Shown here one piece after another: positions 44,034-55,572 of a stretch of DNA of 64,000 bases. The first letter of the stretch is position 1. Every line of letters begins with the position of its first letter. The DNA is from an uncultured Chloroflexia bacterium. GTDB lineage: Bacteria > Chloroflexota > Anaerolineae > JAAYZQ01. The DNA is taken from assembly GCA_963700285.1 (NCBI GenBank), contig CAVOXA010000006.1, positions 128,001-192,000 of the forward strand, written 5' to 3'. The position numbers were made by a program, and so were the translations under genes. The notes below the pieces were generated by a model. That model saw only the letters and a program-made list of their open reading frames with translations, did not search any database and was not told where the DNA came from.

Positions 44034-44136
44034 TCTCAGCTCCCCTCTTTGGCCGGATCAGGTTGGCCACGCTGCTCCGGCCGGTCCGTCCTACCCAATC
44101 GCCGATGGGTTCCGTCAGAGAGCATCTTGCCTGCCG

Positions 44137-45588
44137 CTACGCAAACTCTCCCTCCGCTGCCGCGAGGATGCGCGCCAGTTCCGCTGTCTGCTCCTCCTCC
44201 AGCGGCTGCGGATGATGGTTCTCCAGGATCCAGTCCGCCTTTTCTCTGGCCACCTGAATGGGATCCCGGATGCCGCCCCCTGGCGCGGGTTGCCGCGTGA
44301 TGTCTGAGAACTGGCGCTGGCGCAGGTTGCGGCGCGTGTGCCGGTGCCCAAGAAAGTGCCCTCGCGGCCCGATCTCCTTGATCACGTCCAGGGCCAGCGC
44401 CTCGCGACTGGTATCCAGTCCCGCGGCATTGATGCGGATCTGGTGATAGATGTCGGTGTCCAGCAGCAGCGCCTCCGGGTACAGTACCGTGCAACCCTCC
44501 AGCAAGCCCATGCCGCTGCCGGTCTCGGCCCCACATAGCGCGCACATCAACAGGTTGGAGGCGCTGGCCTTGGCTGACTCCCAGCCGGGGGCCTCGGCGT
44601 CGGGGCCATAGATGCCGGCCAGGGTGGGCACGCCCCACATGTGGGCCAGCTCGACGCCCACCGGGTAGGGCAGCTCGGCCTCCCACACCTGGCCGAGGTA
44701 GCCGCCCGTGCGAGGGTGCATGATGCCCGGCATCAGGGAGTGAAAGACCGCCGCGCCGGGGTGGGCCATCTGGACAAGAACCAGGGCCGCCACGATCTCG
44801 GCGTCGGCCAGGACCACCGTCCCACCGATGGTTGCCGGCGCCGTCGACCCGGTATTGGCCATAGACATGAAGCCAACCGGCAGCCCCGCCCCGGCAAAGA
44901 CCAGGGCCGCCTCCATGCCGCCCTTGTCCAGAGCCAGAGGCGCGATGCAGCACACCAGCAGGGACAGGGGCGGCCGGTCGTGGAGAATGCCCCCATCCCC
45001 GGCCACTACCTGGGCCATCTCGAGGGCATAGCGCGCCATTCCTTCGTCCATCACCGTCTCGGACTGGACGTGCTTGACCGTATTGGCAAAGGATGCCTCC
45101 AGCTCGTGCAAGGGCGCCGTGGCCGGATGGTCGTGGGCGGTCACCATGGGCCAATAAAAGCCGATCGAGCTGAGATAGTCGGAGACACGCGCCATCTTGC
45201 CCACGTCCTCCTTGACGCTGTGGCGCCGCTCTCGCGTGTGAAAATCTACCGTCTCGGTGCCGCAGCCGTCGGTGGCACAGTACATGGCCGTTCCGTCGAG
45301 GTTGAGATCAAAGGCCCCATCCCGCGCGCCCATGGTGTAAAAGCGCGGCGCGCGCGACATCGCTTCCAGGACAACAGCCGGCGGCAGCTTGACCGCGCGG
45401 CGCTCAAAATCTACCAGCGCGCCATGCTCGGCATAGATGGCCAGCGCCTTCTCGGAGGGACAATGAACACCGACCTCCTCCAGGATCTCCAGGGTCGCCG
45501 CCTTGAGCTGGAGCAGTTGCTCATCGCCGAGAATGCGAAGGCGGTAGGCGGGTTTGATAGGCTGTAACTGCTGCGTTTGGCTATTCAT
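44137..45588 (-). CDS. MttB-superfamily methyltransferase 3 (non-pyrrolysine)
   Basis: Close paralogue of copy 2, with the same motifs. Confidence 0.88.
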   Translation of the reverse strand: MNSQTQQLQPIKPAYRLRILGDEQLLQLKAATLEILEEVGVHCPSEKALAIYAEHGALVDFERRAVKLPPAVVLEAMSRAPRFYTMGARDGAFDLNLDGTAMYCATDGCGTETVDFHTRERRHSVKEDVGKMARVSDYLSSIGFYWPMVTAHDHPATAPLHELEASFANTVKHVQSETVMDEGMARYALEMAQVVAGDGGILHDRPPLSLLVCCIAPLALDKGGMEAALVFAGAGLPVGFMSMANTGSTAPATIGGTVVLADAEIVAALVLVQMAHPGAAVFHSLMPGIMHPRTGGYLGQVWEAELPYPVGVELAHMWGVPTLAGIYGPDAEAPGWESAKASASNLLMCALCGAETGSGMGLLEGCTVLYPEALLLDTDIYHQIRINAAGLDTSREALALDVIKEIGPRGHFLGHRHTRRNLRQRQFSDITRQPAPGGGIRDPIQVAREKADWILENHHPQPLEEEQTAELARILAAAEGEFA

Positions 45589-45718
45589 ACGCTACCTCTT
45601 TTTTGAGCTTGGGCACCCTCTCCACATCTGCTCCCGGCAGGTCCGTGACCTGCCGGTCCTTGAACAGGTGTAGCCCCGGACTCAGGCCCGGCTGGTCGCT
45701 GGTCGCGGTTCGGCCTGG

Positions 45719-46543
45719 TCATGGACCAGGCCGGAGCAGGGAATCTTGGCTCCCTTCGCCGAACAGGTCACGCTGTCGAAAGCGGGCGGTCAGAAAGCGG
45801 CCCATAATCTTGGAACGGCTCAGCCAGGCGATGCGCGCCCCGTTCTTGTCGTTGGCCAGCACCTGCTCGACCAGCCAGGGCGCGACCGTCTCGACCCGGT
45901 CGGCCAAGATGCTAAAGATTTTTTTGGCGTCCTCCCAGTCCTCCTGGCGATCCCGGTACTGGTCGGTGATAAGACCGGTGATGAGCATGCCCGGCGCGAT
46001 GGCGCCGACAATCAAGCCGCTGCCCTCCACCTCCTTGGCCAGCGACTCGTCCAGGTAGCGGAGCGCGTACTTGGTCGTGGCATAGAGCGTCAAGCCCTCG
46101 ACCCAACGCCCATCGCTCCCCAGCCCCTCCATGTTGTACACGGCGCCAGAGCCCTGGCCCCTCATCCCTCGCAGGGCCACCTGGCAGCCGTACATGGTCC
46201 CCACCAAGTTGGTATCAACCACAGCCTCTGTCGCTCCGGGTGTGTGGTTCCAGAAGTCCATTTGCGGCTGGCTGATACCGGCGTTGTTGATCCAGATATC
46301 GACCCGGCCAAAGCGCGCCACCGCCGCGTCCCACAGCGCCTGCACCTGGGCAAAGACGGTCACGTCGCAGGGCTGGCCGGACACGCGGGAGGCCCCGTGC
46401 AGTTCCGCCAGTTCGCCTGCGACCTCGTCGACGCTCTCCCGAACGCGCCCACTGACCATCACCGCGCAGCCATTGGCCAAAAACGAAGCAGCCAACCCCC
46501 GGCCAATGCCACGCGTGCTGCCCGTTATGACAACTATCTTCAT
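45719..46543 (-). CDS. Short-chain dehydrogenase/reductase (NOL/NYC1-like subfamily)
   Basis: TGSTRGIG, WINNAG, YNMEG.GSDGR and YATTK. Confidence 0.8.
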   Translation of the reverse strand: MKIVVITGSTRGIGRGLAASFLANGCAVMVSGRVRESVDEVAGELAELHGASRVSGQPCDVTVFAQVQALWDAAVARFGRVDIWINNAGISQPQMDFWNHTPGATEAVVDTNLVGTMYGCQVALRGMRGQGSGAVYNMEGLGSDGRWVEGLTLYATTKYALRYLDESLAKEVEGSGLIVGAIAPGMLITGLITDQYRDRQEDWEDAKKIFSILADRVETVAPWLVEQVLANDKNGARIAWLSRSKIMGRFLTARFRQRDLFGEGSQDSLLRPGP

Positions 46544-46619
46544 GAACCCTCCCCAACGAGATCCGCGATCTAGGCTTCCTGGACTTCCAAAGTCTTCTGA
46601 GACTTCGGAAGTCCCCCCC

Positions 46620-47517
46620 TCAATCCAAATACAGCCTTGCCAGCCCTCCATAGGCGTCCACCCTTCTGTCACGGAAGGGGAAGGACCAACCATTTCTCAT
46701 TTCGCTGACCTGGTCCAGGTCGATCTGGCAGACAAGCACTTCCTCCTGATCTGGCGCGGCCTGGGCCACCACCCGGCCAAAGGGATCGGCCACAAAGCTC
46801 TGTCCCCAGAAGTTGATGCCGTCCACACCATTGGGGCTCTGTTCCACACCAACGCGGTTGACAGCCGCATAGAAGCAGGCATTGGCCACCGCGTGTCCGA
46901 ACTGGACCGTCTGCCAGGCGTGGCTGTAGCCGGAATCGCGCATCGCCACGTCCTCTGGCAGCTTGTGACCGATGGCCGTTGGCACCAAGATCAGCTCAGC
47001 GCCGGCCAGGGCCAGGAGCCGGGCCGATTCGGGAAACCACTGATCCCAACAGATCAGAACGCCGATAGCGGCAAACTTGGTCCGGAATACCCGAAACCCC
47101 AGGTCGCCGGGCGTAAAATAGAACTTTTCATAGTATCCCGGATCATCGGGGATGTGCATCTTGCGGTACTTGCCGAGATAGCTGCCATCGGCGTCAAAGA
47201 CGGCGGCAACATTGTGGTACAAGACCCATCGCCCGCTTCTCGAACAGACCGGCCACCAGAACCACCCCAAGCTCCGCCGCCAGGAGCCCCAGATCGCGCA
47301 TGGTTCCTTTGCTCGCGTCCAGCTCTTCGGCCAGGCCGAAGCGCGTGTGGTCTTCGACCTGTGGAAAATACCTGGACTTGAACAGCTCCTGCAGGCAGAT
47401 GATGTTGGCCCCCTGGGCCGCCGCCTGCCGGACATGCCCTATTGCTTTGTCATCGTTCTCGGCGACGTCGTCGCCGCAGCTCATCTGAACCAGGCCAAGT
47501 TTTACCTCTTTCACCAT
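46620..47517 (-). CDS. aguB: N-carbamoylputrescine amidase (one frameshift near 47235)
   Basis: ICLQELF, KYRKMHIPDDPGYYEKFYFTPGDLG and ICWDQWFPE. Confidence 0.85.
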
Positions 47518-47580
47518 GACAAACTCCTCTCACTCCAGCCCGGAGGTCTTCCGAAACCTCCGAGGTCGGGGTGTTGGCGC

Positions 47581-49041
47581 TCAGCTTGCGATCCCTCGGG
47601 CTTGACGTTCGGCGGCGGCGAGCAAACGATCGAGCTCGGCCAGAACCGGATCCGGCAGTGGCTGGGGCCGGTGCGTATCATAGATGCGCTTGAACTCCTC
47701 CAGGGCCACCTCACGCGGGTCGCGTACCGCGTTGTCCGCCGCCCGCTGGCGCAGGATGCGGGACAGGCGAAAGTCGCGGATGTGCTGGCGGGTATGGCGC
47801 TGCCTCAGAAAATGGCTGCCCGGTCCCACGTCGGCGATTACGTCCAGGGCCATGTCCGCCTCGTCGAACTCGAAGGCATGCAGCACCTCGTAGGCATGCA
47901 GGCAGACCTCGTGCTCCAGGATCAGTTGTTCCGGATAGAGTATCATCGAGCCGCCCACCAGACCGAGGTAACCACAGACCTCGCCGCCGTAGGCCGAAGT
48001 CAGGGCCGAGCCAAAACCGGCATCCACGCCCGACTCCCAGCCGACGTGATCCGCGTCGCTGGACACGCTGCTTCCGCCCAGGCTGGGCACCCCCCAGGCG
48101 TGGGCCATTTCTACGGCCATTTTCGACACGGGTGCCGGGCCATGGCTGATATAGCCGCCCGTCCGCGGGTCCATCAGCGAAACGAGGACCGAATGAAAGA
48201 CCGGCGCACCGGGGAAGGCCAGTTGGATCAGAACCATGCCGCTGACCACCTCCGCGTCGCCCTGAACCAGGGCGCCCAATACTGTCGCCGGGGCCGTGGA
48301 GCCCATGGTGGTCATGGCCATAAAGCTCATTGGGATGCCAGCCTCGGCATAGACCAGCGCCGTGTCGATGCTGTGCCCGTCCTGGGCCAGGGGCGCGATG
48401 GTACAAAAGTTGGCGCAGATGGGAGAGCGTCGCCGCAGTTCTGCCGCCCCCCCTGCCACGGTGGTGGCCATATCGACCACGTAGGGTGCCAGCTCGGGGT
48501 AGACCGTCATCCCGCCACGCACATGCTTGAGGGTGTTCGTCAACCCGGCATGGCATTGGTGCAGCGGCGCCGTGAGGCCATAGTCCTGGGCGCTGACCGG
48601 CGGCCAAAAGAAGCCAATGAGCGGCAGCGCGTCGGAAACTCGGGCCATCATGGCCACGTCCTCCTTACGCGAGGGGCGCATCTGGCGGGTCTCCAGGTCC
48701 ACCACGTGCACGCCGGTCCCGTCCGTGCAGAGGTATGAGCGCGCGCCATCCAGGACCAGGTCCAGGCGCTCTTCCCGCCCGCCCAGCGTGAAAGAGCGGG
48801 GGGCCGCGGACATGGCCCTGAGTACCAGGTCCGGCGGCAAACGCACAATCTGGGTCCCGTGGTCCACCCTTGCCCCGTGATCGGCAAAGATGGCCAGGGC
48901 CCTGCGTGACGGAAAGTGGACCCCCACCTCGTCCAGCAACTGCAGCGTGCCGCCCTTGAGCGTCGCAAGCTGCGCCGGTGTCAGGAACTCTTGCTTGAGG
49001 GTCGTGGGAAAAGGTATGATATCAGGCGTAATGCTATGCAT
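47581..49041 (-). CDS. MttB-superfamily methyltransferase 4 (non-pyrrolysine)
   Basis: LDEVGVHFPS, GSTAPATVLG, EQLILE and GPGSHFL. Confidence 0.88.
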   Translation of the reverse strand: MHSITPDIIPFPTTLKQEFLTPAQLATLKGGTLQLLDEVGVHFPSRRALAIFADHGARVDHGTQIVRLPPDLVLRAMSAAPRSFTLGGREERLDLVLDGARSYLCTDGTGVHVVDLETRQMRPSRKEDVAMMARVSDALPLIGFFWPPVSAQDYGLTAPLHQCHAGLTNTLKHVRGGMTVYPELAPYVVDMATTVAGGAAELRRRSPICANFCTIAPLAQDGHSIDTALVYAEAGIPMSFMAMTTMGSTAPATVLGALVQGDAEVVSGMVLIQLAFPGAPVFHSVLVSLMDPRTGGYISHGPAPVSKMAVEMAHAWGVPSLGGSSVSSDADHVGWESGVDAGFGSALTSAYGGEVCGYLGLVGGSMILYPEQLILEHEVCLHAYEVLHAFEFDEADMALDVIADVGPGSHFLRQRHTRQHIRDFRLSRILRQRAADNAVRDPREVALEEFKRIYDTHRPQPLPDPVLAELDRLLAAAERQARGIAS

Positions 49042-49106
49042 AGATCTCCTGGCTCCTTGCTCGCGATAATGGACAAAGGTCTCCTGACCGAGCCCAAGGC
49101 GTGCGG

Positions 49107-50189
49107 CTATCGAACCGCGGGTTGCTGCTGGGTGACACAGTGCATCATGCCCCCCAGTTCGGCCACCACCTGCACAGGGATACTAACGATCTCCCGGCCC
49201 GGGTAGTGCTCGGCGATGATGCCCTTTGCCACCGCATCGTTGGCATCGCCATAGACCGGCACCAGGACTACCCCGTTGGCCACGTAATAGTTGGCATAGA
49301 CCGCCACCGCAAGTTTGGACAAAAAAGGTGGCCTCGTAGCTGGGTCCTCGGTCGAGTACAGCATCTTGTCCGGGATGGGCAGCGGAATCACCGTGAGCGA
49401 TTTGCCCGATTCCGTCGTCGCGGCTTCAAGCTCGTGGCGGTGGCGCTCCAGGTAGGAAAAGGCCGGGTTGGCCCTGTCTGGCGTCCAACTATGCAGCACC
49501 GTGGCGTCGCCCACAAAACGCGTGTCACCGTCGACGTGCAGGTCGGTATCATCCCCGATATAGTCGCAGTACTCACGTCCCGCGCCCGTGAGCCAGATGA
49601 TCTGCTGCAATCCCAGATAGGCCTTCATCGCCGCTTCGACCTCGTCCTGGCCTACCCCCCGATTCCGGTTGTCGTTGAGGATGGAGCTGCGCGTGGCGAT
49701 GAGCGTCCCCTGGCCGTTGACCTCGATGCCACCGCCCTCCAGCGTGATGGGCGCCTGGTAGAATGGGACCCCCAGCAGTTCCGAGATCCTGGCCGGGACC
49801 ATCCGGTCCACCTTGTAGGGATAGCGCTGGCCCCACCCGTTAAAGTTCCAGCCCGTGACGGCCAGGTTGCCCTGGCCATCCACCACAAAGATGGGACCGT
49901 TGTCCCTGGCCCAGACGTCGTCGGTGGGGATGAGCTGCAGGTCAATGTTGCCAAGGTCAAAGCCATAGTAGGCCAGGAGGTGCTGGACGTGCTCGGCCCG
50001 GCGCTCGTCCTGGACGGCAATGTGCAGCACCTCGTGCTGGTGCAGCGGCATGGCCATGGCCAGCCAGAAATGCTCGATGCGCATCTGGTGGTCGGGAAAG
50101 GTATCGTCGTGGGGCCATTGGAGCCACGTCCCTTCGTGCTCTTCCCACTCGGCGGGCATGTGGAATCCGTCTTCGACTGGTGATGTCAT
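49107..50189 (-). CDS. aguA: Agmatine deiminase
   Basis: MPAEWE.H, WARDNGP, LEGGGI, DTDLHVDG and GGMMHCVTQQQP (catalytic Cys). Confidence 0.9.
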   Translation of the reverse strand: MTSPVEDGFHMPAEWEEHEGTWLQWPHDDTFPDHQMRIEHFWLAMAMPLHQHEVLHIAVQDERRAEHVQHLLAYYGFDLGNIDLQLIPTDDVWARDNGPIFVVDGQGNLAVTGWNFNGWGQRYPYKVDRMVPARISELLGVPFYQAPITLEGGGIEVNGQGTLIATRSSILNDNRNRGVGQDEVEAAMKAYLGLQQIIWLTGAGREYCDYIGDDTDLHVDGDTRFVGDATVLHSWTPDRANPAFSYLERHRHELEAATTESGKSLTVIPLPIPDKMLYSTEDPATRPPFLSKLAVAVYANYYVANGVVLVPVYGDANDAVAKGIIAEHYPGREIVSIPVQVVAELGGMMHCVTQQQPAVR

Positions 50190-50244
50190 GGTACGGCCTC
50201 GTTCTCCAGGCCAGACTTCCGAAGTTTCGGAAAGCTTCGGAAGG

Positions 50245-51639
50245 CTAGTGCATTAGCGCTCGATCCGCGGCGGCGACGATGGATGCGACCTTGGCAGCGG
50301 CTCCGGCGGGCAGGGCGGGCGGCTGGTGGTTGTGCAGGATGTCCAGGGCCTCTTGGTGGACGGTTTCCAGCAGTGAGTCGTGTACGGCCGGCCAGACGGG
50401 CACATACTCTTGCCGGGTGAAGGCACGCGTCTCCCGCTGCCCCAGGTAGTGCCCGCCGATGCCCACCCGCTCGATCAGATCCGCCTGCAGGTGCTCCTCG
50501 TCCACCAGGATGGGCCGGACCATCAGGTCGATCTGGCGGGCCAGATGGTTGTCCAGCACCATCTTGTCCAGGGAAAGGATCTGGGCGCTGCCCAGCAGGC
50601 CCATGCTATAGATTTCGTCGGCGCCCGCCAGCCGGGCCAGCAGGCCCTGCACCGTGGCTTCGTAGCCATACAGCGCGTCCAGGCTCTCCGACTGCGGTCG
50701 ACAGGCCCCACAGATTGACCGGCAGATGGTAGAAGCGGGCCAGATCACACAGCGCCAGCCTCATGCCGTGCCCGTCGGCGCTGCCCCCAAAGCGGCCGGT
50801 CTGCATGTCCAACTGCGAGGCGCCGGTGCCATAGATGATGGGCGTGCCGGGATTGACCACCTGATACAGGACCAGCCCGCTGAGGAACTCGACGTTGTGC
50901 AGCAGGATCGTGCCGGCCAGCGTCACCGGCGAGGTGCCGCCCGCCAGCGGCATGGGATAGACCATGATCGGCACGCCCAGCCGGGCCAGCTCGATGCAGG
51001 CTTCGGTCATCGGCCCATCGTGCATCAGCGGCGAGATGGTGCAGTCGACCACCGAAAAGATGGGGCGAAACTCGTCCGCCGCGGTGACGGCCTTGACCAT
51101 CTCGACCAGAAAGGGCACTTCGCCGGCGTGCAATACGCCGGTGCGGACGTGCTTGCTGGTCTGGGAAAAGGCCAGGGCAAAGTGCTGGATGGTACGCAGG
51201 TGGGCGGGCACGTCGCGTAGCGGCCGACCATCACGTTGACGATCTCGATCTGGTCCAGGGCATCGGCAAAGAGCAGGCCGCGCCGCAGATCCTCGGCCGT
51301 CAGAATCGCGCCGCTCGCCGCTCTCCAGGTCGATGGCCTCGGTGCCCTGGCTGTCGCAGGTGTGGTGCGAGCGGCGGCCGTCCAGCACCACGTCGCGGGC
51401 CGGGTCGCGGGCGCAGAGCCGCACGACGCGCGGCGCCTGCTCCAGGGCCCACTCGACCAGGTCCCGCGGCAGGCTGGCCCAGGTACGCTCATAGTCCACC
51501 GGGCAGCCGGCCTCCTCGAGCACGTCCAGCGCCCGCGGCGTCTTGAAATCGATCCCCACCCGCTCCAGCAGGTCCAGGCTCTGTTCGTGGATCTCTCGAT
51601 ATCATCCTGCGCAAGCGCAGGCTCAAGCGTCAGTGACAT
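50245..51639 (-). CDS. MttB-superfamily methyltransferase 5 (frameshifted)
   Basis: SLDLLERVG, GGTSPVTLAG, DKMVLD and GIGGHYL. Confidence 0.82.
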
Positions 51640-51732
51640 GCGTCCTCTTGTTCACAAATTGCCAGGTCGCGGACCTGGCTCGAGCGGCGAAAGGTTAAGG
51701 TTGAGTTGCAGGTCCTGGCCCTTCCCTAGGCC

Positions 51733-53195
51733 TTAGCCTCTCTCCAATTCGCCATCGGCGGCGGCGAGGATCCTGGTCAGCTCGGCCCGCTTGGCTTCTT
51801 CCAGCGGCTCCGGCCGGTAGTTCTCCAGGATCCAGGCCACCTTCTCGCGGGCCACATCCAGCGGATCGCGGTAGTTGCCGGCCGTCGTCCCGGTTGTGGG
51901 TGATGGCCGGCACCATGGCCGTGCGCATGTGCTTGCGGGTGTGCTTCTGGCGCAGGAAATGGCCGCCAGGCCCCACGGCCGCGATGGCGTCCAGGGCCAG
52001 GGTCTCGGGACTGACCTCCATGGCCGACAGCGCGTACCGCGCCCGGTGGTATAGGTCGTCGTCCAGGATGATGGCCTCGGGGTAGAGCAGAGTAAAGGTC
52101 CGGTTCAGCCCCATGCCGGTCACCCACTCGGCCCCGGCCAGCCCGATCAGGAGCGGGTCCAGCGCCACATCGGCGGCCGCCTGCCAGGTGCCCGGCACGG
52201 GGCTTTCGGTGCCAAAGGCGCCGCCAAAGGAGGACATGCCCCAGTGGTGGGCCATGGTCACCGACGCATAGCGGCAGCGGGCATCCAGGGGATAGGGCAC
52301 ATACTCGCCGGTGCGCGGGTCGGCCCAGGCGTGCATGACCGAGTGGGACACCGGCGCGCCGGGGCTGGCCAGTTGCAGCAGCACGGTACCGCTGATGATC
52401 TCGGCGTCGGCCACGGCCAGCGCCCCGGCCAGGGTGGCCGGGGCGGTGGTGCCCAACGTGGGCATGGCCAGGAATACCGACCGGGATGCCAGCCTCGGCC
52501 AGGACCAGCGCGCCCTCGATGCCCTCCTTGTCCTGAACCAGCGGGGCGATGGTACACAGCACCAGCGAAAAGAGGGGGCGCCGGCGCAGCTCCTCGCGGC
52601 TGCCGGCCATCACCGTCGCCATCTCGACGGCGTAGCGGGCGGGCGCCTCACCCATCAGCGTCTCAGCTCTGGACGTGCTTGACGGTATTGTTCCACGAGG
52701 CGTCCAGTTCGTGGAGCGGCGCGGTCTCGCCATAGTCCTGGGCGCTGACCATGGGCCAGTAGAAGGCCATGGACGACAAATAGTCAGCCACGCGGGCCAT
52801 ATGGCCCACGTCCGCCTTGCACGAGGGGCGGAGCTGGCGCGTCTCGGCGTCGATGGTCTCCACGCCACAGCCGTCGGTGGTAAAGTAGGTGACGCCCTCT
52901 TGCAAGGTGAAAATCGCAGGCCGGATCGCGGGCTCCCACGTCAAAATAGCGGGGCACGGTGGACATGGCCTTGAACACCAGGTCCCTGGGAATCCTGACG
53001 ATCTGGCTCTGCTGGTCCACCTGGGCGCCGTGGTCGGCAAAGATGGCCAGCGCCTTTTCCGAAGGGAACTTGACGCCCACCGTCTCCAGGATCTGGAGCG
53101 TGGCCTCCTGCATGTCGGTCCAGTTGCGGATCGCTCAGGTACTGGACGCGAAAAGCGGAACGGATAGGCTCGATTGCGGGTCGTTCGGTGGTCAT
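51733..53195 (-). CDS. MttB-superfamily methyltransferase 6 (frameshifted)
   Basis: TLQILETVGV, TTDGCG, GTTAPATLAG and GPGGHFL. Confidence 0.82.
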
Positions 53196-53280
53196 GGGTA
53201 TTCTTCCCTTTCCGGTATCAGGCATTGGAGGCAACGAACCGTTCGGTCCGTTGAAAACCTCCGAGGTCTTGTTCTAATGC

Positions 53281-54230
53281 TCAAGTGGTCCTGGGCTCTC
53301 CGGCCCCCTCCAGGACCTTGTAGGGGTCAAAGGCGTCGCGGAGCCCATCGCCGATATAGTTGATGGAGATGATGGTCAGAAAAATCATCAGTCCCGGGAA
53401 AATGGCCAGCCACGGGTGCTTGAGCATGTGCTCCAGCGCGTTGCTAAGCAGGTTGCCCCAACTCGGCGTGGGAGGCTGGATGCCAAAACCCAGAAAAGAG
53501 AGGCCCGCCTCCTCCATGATGGCGTATCCCATCTCCAGCGTGGCCTCGACGATGATGGGACCAATGGCCATGGGCAGGATGTGGCGGCTCATGATGCGCA
53601 GGTTGCCCGCCCCCACACAGTTGGCCGCGGTCACAAACTCCTTCTCGCGGATCGTCAGGTAGGTGGCCCGTACCAGGCGCGCGACCGACATCCAGGAGAG
53701 GATGCCGATGACCAGGGCAATGGTCAGCACGTTGTTGTTTTCGAACAAGGGCACCTCGACCTCGCGCAGGATCGCGCTGAGCAGGATAAGCACCAGGAGC
53801 GACGGCAGGGCCAGCATGGCATCGGTGATGCGCATCAGCACATTGTCGATCCAGCCCCCAAAATAGCCTGCCACCGACCCCAATGGGGATGCCAATGACC
53901 ATGGTGATCATCACCACCAGAAAGCCAACCGTCAGGGAGACCCGCCCACCATAGAGGCAGCGGGTCAGCAGGTCGCGGCCCAATTGATCGGTACCAAAGG
54001 GATGCTGCAGGGAGGGTGGCTGCAGCGTCTCCGACATGTTGGACGCCACGGGGCTATAGGGTGACAAGGGAGCCAGGAGAACAGCCAGCAGGATGAGTCC
54101 CAGAATGATCATGCCGGCGATGGCGCCGGGATGGCGCCGGAAGCGGCGCCAGACCAGGCTGGTCATGGTCTCGTGCTCCCGCGCAATGTCTTCCCACTGG
54201 GCAACTTTTGGTTCTGCTGGTGTCGGTCAT
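53281..54230 (-). CDS. Peptide/Ni-type ABC permease, OppC/DppC-like (frameshifted)
   Basis: HPFGTDQLGRD, GGRVSL, EAGLSFLGFG and GDGLRDAFDP. Confidence 0.85.
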
Positions 54231-54243
54231 GATTGGCCCCTGA

Positions 54244-55281
54244 CTAACTGTAGCGGACCCGCGGGTCCAAGAGCCCGTAGGCAATGTCGGCCAACAGGTT
54301 GGCCGAGACGGTGAAAACGGAGGCAATGATCAGAATAGCCATCAACAAGGGATAGTCCCGCCCCGTCGCGGCCTGGTAGTAGAGGCGGCCCATCCCCGGC
54401 CAGGAGAACATCAGTTCGACGTACAGCGAGCCGGCAAAGATATAGGGGATGTCCAGGGCAAAGATGGTCACCAAGGGGATCAGGGCATTCTTGAGCGCGT
54501 GCCTGAACATCACCGCCCTTTCCGAAAAGCCCTTGGCCCGCGCCGTGCGGATATAGTCCTGGTGGATCACGTCCAGCATGCCGGCTCGCAAGAAGCGCGA
54601 ATACCAGGCTACCCAGCCCACGGCGCCCATCGTCACGGGCAGGATCAGGTACTTGAGCCGGTCCCGGATGGAAAAGCCAGCCCCCAGCGTTTTCATGCCC
54701 CCGGCGGGCAGCAGCGGTTCGCCGGTGACAGGGTTGTTGAGCAGGGAATAGAAAACGATGATCAGGATCATGCCCAGCCAGAATTCGGGGATCGCTTGGC
54801 CCATGAAAGACAGGGTGGTTACGGTGATGTCAAATAGGGAGTACTGTTTGACGGCGGAGAGGACGCCGATAGGGATGGCAATGATAAAAACGATGACCAG
54901 GGTGATGCTCATCAAGTAGACGGTGTTGCCCAGGCGGTCCAGGATCTCGTCTAGCACCGGCTTGCGCGTCTTGTAGGAGAAGCCAAAATCACCCCGCAGG
55001 ATGCCCTTGCGCTCGCCGCGGCTCTCGGTGATCCCATCGCCATCGGCGTCGATCTTCATCCAGTCGTTGCCGATGAGCCAGACCACGTACTGGACGGGAA
55101 GGGATTGGTCCAGGCCAAGCTGGCGCCTGAGTCTCTCGCGCACCTGAGGCCTGGGACGCTGCCCGCTCATTGCCGCCACCGGATCTCCCGGGGCAACGCT
55201 GACCAACACGAACAGCCCCACACTCAGCAGCAGCAACATTGGAATGGCTTGAAGCAAGCGTCTAGCTATGTAGCGGCCCAC
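54244..55281 (-). CDS. Peptide/Ni-type ABC permease, OppB/DppB-like
   Basis: APGDP, GLDQSL, DYIRTARAKG, HALKNA and LLDPRV. Confidence 0.9.
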   Translation of the reverse strand: MGRYIARRLLQAIPMLLLLSVGLFVLVSVAPGDPVAAMSGQRPRPQVRERLRRQLGLDQSLPVQYVVWLIGNDWMKIDADGDGITESRGERKGILRGDFGFSYKTRKPVLDEILDRLGNTVYLMSITLVIVFIIAIPIGVLSAVKQYSLFDITVTTLSFMGQAIPEFWLGMILIIVFYSLLNNPVTGEPLLPAGGMKTLGAGFSIRDRLKYLILPVTMGAVGWVAWYSRFLRAGMLDVIHQDYIRTARAKGFSERAVMFRHALKNALIPLVTIFALDIPYIFAGSLYVELMFSWPGMGRLYYQAATGRDYPLLMAILIIASVFTVSANLLADIAYGLLDPRVRYS

Positions 55282-55572
55282 GTTGCCCACCCTCCTCGAA
55301 AACCTTCAGTGCAGCAGGCATTCTCACCAGTCCTTGCCTCCCTCGCTCGAGATCGTGCGAAAGAGCTCGTGCTGGACCCGATCCCCGCACTTTGGGGACA
55401 CAGCCCAGCACCTGCGCGCACAGACCGGCGGACTGTGGTCCGCCTGGAGCTGTTTGGCAAGTTTTGACACAGTCTTGCTCCTGGCAGTTCCGACCCAACA
55501 GACGCCGGCCCCTTCCAGGTATCGTACCATCTCCGACGACCGGTTTCGGAAAATCTGTCAGGTCTGGTCTTG

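Noticed and set aside
50606-50608. Pyrrolysine amber codon in MttB 5
   Set aside because: This TAG ends an out-of-frame tail after a frameshift near 50695; the true frame reads GADEIYSMG, and the site is not the Pyl position
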